Both the position numbers and the translations under genes were made by a program. DNA of 64,000 bases, taken from the NCBI RefSeq assembly GCF_964355755.1, contig NC_092672.1, positions 35,532,437 through 35,596,436 of the forward strand, read 5' to 3'. Positions 34,791-45,800 of this stretch are shown here, piece by piece (position 1 is the stretch's first letter; every line of letters begins with the position of its first letter). Below the pieces are notes generated by a model. It was not told the origin of the DNA. It saw nothing but the letters and a program-made list of their open reading frames with translations, and did no database searches. The DNA is from Antedon mediterranea (Eukaryota; Animalia; Echinodermata).

Positions 34791-37277
34791 GTGGGAAATC
34801 AGAATTAACAATCTGTATATAACCGTAGTTTGAATGCTTCCTTCACTGAAACCCAAATATTCTTCAATGTCGCGACGGATGCATTTTTCAAGGATCATTT
34901 TTTGACTCTCTTCTTCTGCTTTATTCCGTACTATTACACCAAGAAGAGGTACAATTCCAGCAATGGCAACAGCTACAATTCGATTCACTTGTTTTATTTC
35001 CTCGAAATCGTCAATAACCTTTATCGTTGAGAAACCTACCCAAATTACCAGACTGAGAATTAGAAGTTTCATGATTATAATTAGAAGTTGGGTCTCTGGT
35101 GGTCTATAGTTTTTTACAATGGTGTCAAAGAAAGTCTTTTCAATAGCAGTTAAGCCTTCGGTATCTTGTCGGATTACGGGTAACGACTGTACACTGCTAT
35201 CACTTGATGGTGGTGGAGGTCCATTTGAAGGAGCACTAGTAGGTTGTGTTTTAGGGGTATTTGAAGGTCCGGTTGACGTACCAACATTCTCCTCTTCAGA
35301 CTGTGCACTGCTATCACTTGATAGTGGAGGAGGTCCATTTGAAGGAGTTAGGCGCACTGGTAGGTTGTGTGTTATAGGGACAGTTGAAAGATCAGTTGAC
35401 GTACTAGCATTCTCCTCATCAGACTGCGCACTGCTATCACGTGATGGTGTGTCGGACAAACATCTATTTTCATATAATAAGTTTTGCCTTTCATCAGAAT
35501 GTTCATTAACAACAGTAAGTTGGTCCTTTAGGCCTATATACTGATTTTCAAATTGTGGAAAAGGGGACAGCTTATAATCAGAAACTTGCACCTTGTTATT
35601 TTTGATTAAATCATCAAATGCCGAAATAACTCGCTGAAGCAGAACCACATATCCTTTGTAATAACCGGTTATAGTTGAAATGACGTAACCAATCACAATT
35701 AAGGCGATAGCTACAAGGACTCCAGCTGTACCTGGGTTCACCAGCAAACCGATGTAGAAGTACCACATAATATCAAATGTGTACCTAACTGTACATCCCA
35801 CCTTTGTAAACAGAAGAAGGAAGACAATACAGGAAAGCAATATCCACAACAGCGATAGTAATTTCATCACAACTCCAGGTTTTAGGCATGCTACTAGCAA
35901 GAAACGAAATAAAAGATGAATTGCCGGTATAGATATAAAAACAGTAAAAATACCGTAGACTAATAAGAACGGTCCTACAAGAATATAAAACATAGTTTTA
36001 ATAAGTAATCTTTGTTCGTTAAAACACTTACAGAACCAGTTTAACCCATTCTTCCAGTGAGATATTGAAACAATAAACTTTATCTTTTCCTTCATTTCAA
36101 ACGAAAGTCTGTGTAAGCCGCTGTAATTATTTTTTGAAAGTTTCAGTATCTTCCAAATATTATACGTACAAAGACATTTTCGATATTTCGGATTTGTGTA
36201 CAAATCAGAATAGTTATTTAAATATTTGGTTTCAAACCAAACTTGATACTTTAACCACGTTATCAACAGAATGATACAAACAATTATATACACTAAATTA
36301 ACGAAAATATTAAAAGGCTTCCAACATCCTATACACTTTGGTATGACATTGTTCTTAAGCGCTGCACGGCGACGGTGAAAATTATCGGTATCCAAAACAT
36401 TAGCAATGATGCAAGGTATACATTGTAACAAACCGACAAGTGCCCATAGTATCAGCCAACGTAGAATAAAAATACAGTTATGTTGATTTCCACTTTGAAA
36501 TATCAAGTACTTAATGCCCATCGGTAGATCAGTCCGTAAGCTCAAATATTCTTTTCCATTCTCATTCATTGGTTTTACGTGACACAAAAAGGAGACAATG
36601 AACCAAATAGAATATAATATGAATGTGAAACTAAGCCAGGAAAATGTATACCAAGAATGTTTCGTAATTTTACGAAGCTCAATTGAACCATCATCTGAAT
36701 TTTTCCAGCATCCAAAGTATGTAGTACTTTGAAGAAGTTGGTAATAACACACTTCAACAGCCGCTATACTGAAATTACCTCGTCTAAGCTGTCGCTCAAT
36801 GCAAACATCATGTTTCACATTGTCGTCACTTTTTACCTGCAGTAAAGAGTTTGCGATAATGTTTAATTTGTCTTCATTGTCAACATCAAAGAAACACTCT
36901 GGTACTGAGGTGACGTTTAAGGAGATTTGTTCCACACCAGGAGATAGAGTTCCGAGTGACATATATTCAAAATCAAAAGGAAAAGTCAAAAGGAGTTCAC
37001 CGATTTCTCCGACAGCCACAACCCAGTGGTTGACGTCAATCACTGTTGTATTTTCATAGAAGCTTGTTCCAACAGAATCAGAAGCATCAACAAAAGATAA
37101 CAAATTTACGTTGATAAAGACAGAATCACCATCCAAGAGTTCTTGCAAGACATCTGTGCCATCCATCTCCAGTAGACAGGTAGTGTTATCCGATTGGATC
37201 CTTGTAGAGATGTCTCTGGATGACGTCACAGTACACATGGTTGCCAGAAGAACTAAGATGCTCCGAGAACGTGTCAT
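34587..37277 (-). CDS. Uncharacterised intronless multi-pass membrane protein with signal peptide
   Basis: Open frame of ~900 codons in AT-rich DNA. Likely start MTRSRSILVLLATMC at 37277, downstream of a tttcag acceptor. Cys-containing ectodomain, roughly 8-9 hydrophobic segments and a Ser/Pro-rich repeated loop. Confidence 0.8.
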   Translation of the reverse strand: MTRSRSILVLLATMCTVTSSRDISTRIQSDNTTCLLEMDGTDVLQELLDGDSVFINVNLLSFVDASDSVGTSFYENTTVIDVNHWVVAVGEIGELLLTFPFDFEYMSLGTLSPGVEQISLNVTSVPECFFDVDNEDKLNIIANSLLQVKSDDNVKHDVCIERQLRRGNFSIAAVEVCYYQLLQSTTYFGCWKNSDDGSIELRKITKHSWYTFSWLSFTFILYSIWFIVSFLCHVKPMNENGKEYLSLRTDLPMGIKYLIFQSGNQHNCIFILRWLILWALVGLLQCIPCIIANVLDTDNFHRRRAALKNNVIPKCIGCWKPFNIFVNLVYIIVCIILLITWLKYQVWFETKYLNNYSDLYTNPKYRKCLCTYNIWKILKLSKNNYSGLHRLSFEMKEKIKFIVSISHWKNGLNWFCKCFNEQRLLIKTMFYILVGPFLLVYGIFTVFISIPAIHLLFRFLLVACLKPGVVMKLLSLLWILLSCIVFLLLFTKVGCTVRYTFDIMWYFYIGLLVNPGTAGVLVAIALIVIGYVISTITGYYKGYVVLLQRVISAFDDLIKNNKVQVSDYKLSPFPQFENQYIGLKDQLTVVNEHSDERQNLLYENRCLSDTPSRDSSAQSDEENASTSTDLSTVPITHNLPVRLTPSNGPPPLSSDSSAQSEEENVGTSTGPSNTPKTQPTSAPSNGPPPPSSDSSVQSLPVIRQDTEGLTAIEKTFFDTIVKNYRPPETQLLIIIMKLLILSLVIWVGFSTIKVIDDFEEIKQVNRIVAVAIAGIVPLLGVIVRNKAEEESQKMILEKCIRRDIEEYLGFSEGSIQTTVIYRLLILISHNLLLLLLSWRSKKHLLYMAFAPNNIQCNTILNKYQLNAFKNSVLRLNEKNKYFPSLTIRSGFVVDIR

Positions 37278-38214
37278 GGTTTGAGGAGTAAAGATAATGA
37301 CTCTGAAAATAATCAATTAGTATACCTACACTTTTATTTGTAGATGAAGCTTTTTTATGGTACTATTGTATGTAATAAATCCATGATTTAAAGGACAACT
37401 TGACCGAGGCCCATATTTTAACAGTATTACAGATGTACATATGATTTTGATGGTGAGTAAATTATAAAAGTTCATGAATTTATTTTAAATAAATCGTAAA
37501 AAATATATATGTTGACATTTTTTCTTGTTTCTTTTGCCTATCTGAATATTGAAGTGTTTTGGCAAATTTAAGCCTAATACAGGTCAAATTAGCAATTGAA
37601 GTGACGGTACCTATTTCTTGTACGTTAACAACAGTGAAAACTGATTGTAGATTTTGCGACGCCAGGGTAGATGGTGTTTATTGTAACAACGAAGTGATTT
37701 AAGGTTAATACTCAAGGTCAATATGAATTTAAATAAAAATAAAAAATTCATACTACAAAGTATAGCGATAATATATCTGGTAAAGTATACTACGACAAAA
37801 AAGTTCACAGAAACATCGTATGGCTTTATAGGGTAGCCAGGCCTATCATGGCTCGTTGTAGTAGGGCCTACCAGTAAACAGATAATACCGGTGTGTGTGG
37901 TCATAATATGAGAAAAAGAAAAAAAAAGAAGTCATACTACATACCGGTACTTCTCAAGTGAGCGTCATGTTATTAAGAAGGTAGATAATAATCTGTTTTG
38001 GTGTGGAATTGAAATCATTCTTAACATTTACTGAATAAAAGAAAGAGATTCGATAGTTATTGATCCGAATAACCATAGTATTTTGCCATTTATCATTTCT
38101 TTTACTGTGTAATCGTCCGTCAGCATTACTAGGAATATAACAAATCATTACATTACGGTTAATAATCATTAAGCAGAATAAACATACATATTATTTAAGC
38201 TTGAAAAATGCCAC

Positions 38215-38690
38215 AAATTCCGACCCTTTATTTTTTGTCATAACTAGTTACTATGGCTCTATATATATTGATAAAACAATATATACGCATATATGGCAAT
38301 ATTATCTCATAATTAATTAATTTTTAAAAAGTGGATATTTTTTGCAATTTTTCGTAAAAAAACCTGTACTACAGGAACATTTTTGAAAAATGCCCCAATT
38401 TCGACCCTTTTATTTGTTGACATAACTAGTTACCATGGCCATTTATAAGATGATGATAACGCAATATATGCGCATAATTATTGAATTTTAAAAAGTAAAT
38501 ATTTTGGCCATTTTTCGAAAAAATCCCTGTACTATTAGTACAGGTAAATTTCCGAAAATTGTCAAATTTCGACCCTTTTATTTTTTGAAATAACTAGTTA
38601 CCATGGTTCTATAAGATGATGATAATAACAATATGCGCATATATGGCAATATTATCGCATAATTATTGAATTTTAAAAAGTGAATATTTA
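38215..38690. repeat. ~175-bp degenerate tandem repeat, 3 units
   Basis: ttcgacccttttattt..ataactagtta recurs near 38218, 38399 and 38567. Related single copies lie near 33055 and 41500. Confidence 0.75.
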
Positions 38691-41600
38691 ATTTGTTACA
38701 AAAGGTCAAAGAGTCAGGGTCAAGAGTTATATGAACACATATAAATAGCTACTTGTATCTCGGCAACCACTGGTCGCAGCAACAAGTAAATGTTGGTCTC
38801 AAAATGTTCAGAAGGCATGCATTCATATTCAGTCTAATGGGGCATTTTAGTCAAAAATTATCAATAATGCCCTTTCTGACCTTTGACCCACATACCAGGG
38901 TATCTTCATATCTCTGTAAGTACTGGTCGTAGAAACTTAAATTTGGTATCAAATTTGGTTAAAAGATGATCAGAAATACTATTAATTACTAATGTTATTG
39001 TTTCAAACAAAACATATCTCTACACAATTGCTCAGAAGGGTTTTTAAGGGAGCATTTTTTTTTTTTTTTTTGGTAATATGGTAACATGTATAATCAAATA
39101 AATACTACCTACAGCAGATATAAAAAATACAGAACAATAATATCAAAAAGTGATACAAAAATGCTTGGTAAATTGTAGATTATGGTATAGTCATTGAAAT
39201 GTGATACAATTATTAGTCGCGTGCAACGCAACTCTACAGCTCACTATGTCGGTCGGTTGGTCGGTAAACACAAACTAAAATTTGAGCACGCGACTGCAGC
39301 TATATATATGGCCTTGTTGTGTATATGCATGTGGCGGTCGTTTAAATCGAAGGGAGGGGTGAGCATTTATTTAAAATGTTTCTGTCTTTTAGAATAAATG
39401 TGACACTGTCACAGGCTCCATTTAACGAATCCTCTCCAGGTGCCAGTATAATGATATAAAACAATGACACATCATTATCCTGAGACACATATGAGACACG
39501 AATACACAATTGTTCATATGGATCTTCATTCTATCATCTGTTTGTTTGTGACTAAAATTTGTCAACACTGTCTTTTGCATATATATGCCAATACATAGTT
39601 TCATTACTATTGTACAATATGTCCAGCTTCTATATATAAATTTACGTAAGGGCAAAATTCGGTAAATCCCGCCTTACTTCTAGAATTTTTACTCGATGGT
39701 ATATAAAGTTGGTTCGTACTTTCGGTACTGATTTTAACCACCTGATGTAACCCTGTTTACTAATTAAATTGAGTTAGATAATTAGTTATTGACGATTAAA
39801 ACGAATTTAGGTTGAACGATTTGCCCCAAATAGGGGTGTTTTCCGACCGTAGTATACACTGTTTAGTGGATGTCCTCTTAAAAAATACCTGCACACAATA
39901 ATACGACGAGGATGCTTCGCATTTTCCTATCTCCTCCTACGATAATTGTTTTTAATAGCTGAAAACCGGTTGAACAGCTCGAGTACAGTATCATAATGTT
40001 GAAGACAGGCCGATTTTCTTTAAAAAAATACTATTTTGATAGATTTAATATACGTTTATACAAATGTATTGATTTGCGATGAATGGAACATTCCAATCTC
40101 TCAGACTCCCAGTTTGTAGGTAAATTTATGAGCCCTCCATGGTTTAACACAAGTAGGTAAATTCATGGGCCCTTTAACACTGAGATATGGCATTGGAATA
40201 CTTTGACAATTGTAAATACTGAACGTACTAATAACTATTTTTGGTCGCCATTTGAATCGAAATTTTCTTACTGTGAATGTGGTTACTGTTTATTGTATTA
40301 ATTAGTAATTATAAAAAATATAAACGTCGTAGTGGTGTATCGTTACATGTACTTTACTATATAAATCGACTATAACAGGGACAGTTTTAGATTTTTGGAC
40401 TCATTTTAAGACAAGTTTCTCCTTCGGAAGTAGGCCTAATTCCCAGTGTGCTAATTTTAGTTGACTACATTAATCATCGTGTCTATTTATTCGTTTCTGA
40501 AAACGACGATGTATTTATAGTCCTGTGGTACGTACATTTGAAATCGCCAGTTTTTTTACGCTGAAATTACTGTGTATTCGAGAACCATCTGTGGACACAA
40601 CCTAGATGGTACGCGAGCTAAGCGAGCGTGCCATCTAGTATGTATAATTTGTCGGTGACATTCAAAAATAGTATACAACAGTGTCATACAGAATGATGAC
40701 AATGAATTGGTCTATTATAGTTGTCTCCGAAACCTTTTCAATATCATGATTGTACTTATTACGATATTAATTGTGTTGTATTTTTAGTCGCATGCAACGC
40801 GACTCTACAGTTCACTATGTCGGTCGGTTTGTCGGTCGGGAAACACTAACTTGAGCACGCGACTGCAGCCTTCTATATAGCCTTGATTTTATATCCAGGG
40901 TGTATTTATTTGATTATACATATATTTTATATGTTACCATATTACACCCAAAAAAACCCCGCAAAAAACGCCTTCACCGAATAAACACCCCTCTGAACAA
41001 TAAATGCCCGGGGCGTTTATTCGGATAAATACGGTAAGTTACTTCTAGCATTCTGAAAAGAACTGTTGAGTTCGCCATTTACAATGTTTGATCGTCCTCA
41101 GGGGTCAACAATATTTTCTAGCATTATCATAAGCAAAAGTACAATTACAAACAGTAAAGGATTTGTTGTAATTCCTATAATGAAACCATTTAAAGCATCA
41201 GTTATTGCATAACATTTATACTGTCTAAGGATAACTTGTGTAGAGATATGTTTTTTGTTTGAAACATTAGTAATTAATAGTATTTCTGATCATTTTTTAA
41301 CCAAATTTTCTGTTCTATTTCTATTCTGAATGAATGTAAATATGTATATTTCCAACAATTTGATACCAAATTTAAGTTTCTATGACCAGTACTTACATAG
41401 ATATAAAGATGCCCTGGGTAGTGGGTCAAAGGTCAGAAATGGCATTTCAGGTCATTTTGGATTAAAATGCATTTTTAGAAATTTTTCGAAAAAATCCATC
41501 ATGTACTATAGTACAGGGAAATAACTATATGGCAATATTATCGCATACTTATTTAATTTTAAAAATTAAATATTTTGGCCATTTTTCAATAAAAAAAAGA

Positions 41601-42159
41601 AGCACTGCTTCAGTCAATAGCTTTTAATTAATTTATTTTCTAGAAAATGTGTATACAAATGCAGCGAGGGCAGCAGTACTTTAGAAATTAGCATATTTAC
41701 AAATATATACTATACATAGATAATGAGATGTTAATGATAAATTGAATTGGATAAAAAGAAATTATAACTAGTGAGTATCACACCGCAAAATGTAATAGAA
41801 CTTTATAACCTAGGTTCACTAGCAAATTATGACATTATTATTATCTCTTAGAATTTAGATATTTGTTGATAAATGACCAGAGCAGCGCATACAGGAAGCT
41901 TGGTACCAGGGAAGAGTTCTCTGCTTGGTACGTATACAAAAATAATTTTGCATTTTCTTCTCCTGAATTCGATACCATGATTTGGTAACAAGGAACTTTA
42001 AACCATAATCATGCTTTTTTAAATATAAACAATCAATGAATGTCCTGATTACAAACATAACACAATAGAACACTTCAAAGCACACCTCTATTCAGGGGAC
42101 ATTTTCCTGTGAAACAAATGAGAGGCACTATATATTTGAACACTACGACCTGCACCAAT

Positions 42160-42360
42160 TCAGAGGACACACTTATTCAGGGGACGCGCTTATTCAGGGG
42201 ACGCGCTTATTCAGGGGACACACTTATTCAGGGGACGCACTTATTCAGGGGACACACTTATTCAAGGGGAACTCTTATTCAAGGGACACACTTATTCAGG
42301 GGACACGCTTATTCTAGGGATACCCACTATTCAGGGGAGACCCCTATTCAGGGGACACAT
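42160..42360. repeat. 17-bp minisatellite
   Basis: ttattcaggggacac(g)c about 11 times. Confidence 0.9.
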
Positions 42361-42498
42361 TGTTGGGTCCCAATGTGCCCCATATAGGAGTTGAATAATT
42401 TGTAGCAAAACAGTAAAGTTTACTAAAACCACGCATTACATTCCAGCTCTCACTAATCTATTATTATACATAATACTGCAGTACTGATGTTGGGCATT

Positions 42499-42794
42499 CA
42501 GGGCTCCTTAAGTTGTTTATATTTAACCGTCTTACATAAGTCCTCCCTAAGTTGTTCATATTTAACCATCGATACATCAGGCCTCCCTATGTTGTTTATA
42601 TTTAACCATCTTACATCAGGCTTCCCTATGTTGTTCATATTTTAACCATCTTACATCAGGCCTCCCGATGTTGTTCATATTAAACAATCTTACATCAGGC
42701 CTCCCTATGTTGTTCATATTAAACCACCTTACATCCGTCCTCCCTATGTTGTTCATATTTAACCATCTTAAATCAGGCCTCCCTATGTTGTTCC
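42499..42794. repeat. 39-bp tandem repeat in the HIRA 3' UTR region
   Basis: aggcctccctatgttgttcatatttaaccatcttacatc about 7.5 times, starting ~30 bp after the stop codon. Confidence 0.9.
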
Positions 42795-42822
42795 TGTTTC
42801 AACAATGTCAGCCATGTTTTTT

Positions 42823-45800
42823 TCATTTCTTGATCATCTCAAGCTGGTCACGATATTCGGAATACAGACGTTGCAACTTCAGGTTTGTTCCGATTATCGG
42901 CATCATCTCCTCTAGTAACTTTCTTTTATTGTAACCCTTTAAGAAAACAAAAAATGTATTACTTTTATTTCATTTCTAATAGATTTTACTAATAAATAAA
43001 TGAATAATCAACTATCTACTCACTAGGATTTGTGACTGCCATTTGGAAGTGTTGGCATCATCCTTGTACAACGGTCCAAGCATCTCATCACAAACTTCTC
43101 GCAACCTACTTTCAGCCCCTAAACATAGAAAACATCGAAACTTAAAACATTATAATTTAAAATTAATATTTTTGCACATGACCCTAACCAACGTATGCAA
43201 TAACCAGAGATGGTGTTTGTACGTTACGAATACAGATACTGATAATGTACGCAATAACTAGAGATGGTGTTTGTACGTTACGGATACAGATACAGATAAT
43301 GTACGCGATGACCAGAGATGGTGTTTGTACGTTATGGATACAGATACAGATAATGTACGCGATGACCAGAGATGGTGTTTTCCAAGAAATCTTATGCTGT
43401 GTTTCCGCAGCCAAAAATTAAACGATAAAATTTAACCAATAATTAATCGATAAACTGCCTTGAGAAAAATTAACTGATAATTATCGTATTCAAATTATGC
43501 GATAATTGTTTACCTTTGACCTGAAGGACAAATTGGGCATCTGGTTATTTGGTAATGACTGATCATGCACACTTTGTTGGCAAAGAAATTAATATAATGA
43601 TAATTTTGTGTTGGCTGCGGCGGAAACACAGCCTTAATAAAATGTGTTTACCTTCTTGTACCATATATCTGACATACGTAAGAAGCCAAAACTTGTACTC
43701 TTTACTTGACTTGAGTACAAGTGCTGAGTTGAGTTGACATTCAAGGTGGCTAAGTGTCGAAGACTTCTGTATTTGCTGACTCAGCTGAAATACTCTTGAA
43801 GCAGCAAACCTGAAAAATAAAACATAAATATTAGCTAAAGCTGATAAGAAACAGTTATTTTATTTTTATTGTTCAATAACTGACATTTAAAACATGAAAG
43901 GTTGGAGTTCGATTGTGCATTATTCACCAGCCTAGCACATGTTGTGTGCAATAGTTTGTGCAATAGTAGCTTCAATCATGAAATGGGAGTAGATAATGCA
44001 TGACATGTGATCAACAAATCAAAGGGCAAGGATACACCTAAATACATATTTCATCATCAAAAATAATTAATATGTTAATAAATTAACTGGTGGAAAACAA
44101 ATTGTAACATTTCTTACTTGCTAGGCTTTCCTTGCAGTGAGGCGAGTGGTCCCTGGACTTGAACCGCACCCTGTGCTGGCATACTGGTTTGGTGATCTGA
44201 ACATGATTGTAATATATTATCTTTTTCATGAACCATCATCCTAAAAAACAATTAAGGTCAAAATAATTAGGTAAATAAAATGAAAAAATAAATATTATAC
44301 ATATTTTTTGGGTAAAATTTATAAAGATTTATTTTGCTTATTTCACGATATTTTAAAAGGGTGACCCGGCCAGCGTGAGCAGATTTTATGGGCCCTCAGG
44401 ACAAACGACAAATACTTAAAAGCTTACAGCTCTGTCTACACTATCAAACTTTATGACAAAAAAATATGATGTGCCCATATATGGACATGACGATGTCATA
44501 TCACTACCATATTTGGGCATATCACTACCATATTTGGGCACATCACAAACTAGTTTGATAGTGTAGCTTAAGATGAAAAGATATATATATGAAGGAGAGT
44601 AAACTCACCAACAGCAGAGGTCACTATTGAACGTGTAAGACTTCTCATTGGACATTGTGATGATAATGGTGCCTGCCTCTGTTATACTGGCATTCACTAA
44701 CGATACCCCAGATGCTGAAATTATTAATTAAAAAGGGTTATATTAGTTTGATTCATACTCACTAAAGCTCTGTCTACGCTATCAAACTTTACGTAACAAA
44801 ATAATGTGTCCATATATGGATATGATAATGTCATACCACTACCATATTTGGGTGTATCACTACCATATTTGGCCACTAGTTTGATAGTGTAAGAAGCGTT
44901 TTAAGTTATATATTTTGGCGCATTTATTATCACATAATGCCGAGGCTTTTAGTAAAATGAGCTCCTAACAGCTCATTCTCCTAAGTTTAGAAATGATTAC
45001 AGGACTTACCTTTACCCTCTCTAAATACAGTTGAAATAAATATATACTTAGTTTAAGAGGAATAAATCACTGAAGTGTGTTTGTCAGTCACAATATGTAA
45101 AATACAGCGTTCAATACACCATGTGTAGACTAAATTCAAGTGAAAATGTTTTGGTCTCAACGATTATAAGCAACATCTTATATAAATCAAAGATGCTCTC
45201 CAGGTGGAATGCCATCCTGAGATGAGTAGTAGTAATTAGTCATGTTTATTTTTATTTCATTTATATGTAATTTTACTTTTTATCGACCAGAGATTCCGAT
45301 GAATGAATGAATAGACTTAATGGTTCCATCATGGAAAACATAATTTATTCCTCTCAATAAATATACTCATAATTTATAAATTGATGGTATCCTTACCTGG
45401 CATAATTGGGGCTAACGTTTCATTCTTAACAAGCACCAACTGTTTTATAATATCCCTGCAAAATAATTATAAATATTATTAAAGATGTATTGTCCCTTTG
45501 ACTAATTCCAAAAAAAAATTTTTTTTTAATTTCGAAAAAAAGTGGGTCATTTTGAAGTATCATAAGAGCCTATTCACCAAAAATTAGTCGAAAAAAAAAT
45601 AATTTAACCAAAATAAAGATGTTTTTTTGTTTTTGTTTTCAATCAAAACATATCCCATAATGAAATGCTCTTGTTTGGCTACTCTGTATGCATAATCATA
45701 AACTTCCTTGCGATCTGTGTGAAAACACCTTCTCAACCGTGACGAATTGTAAACAATCCTAATTAGCATCATGCATAATGCATACTCATGGTTTGAAATC

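Noticed and set aside
42109-43414. Short repetitive ORFs at 42109, 42668 and 43184
   Set aside because: They arise from the 17-, 39- and 54-bp tandem repeats.
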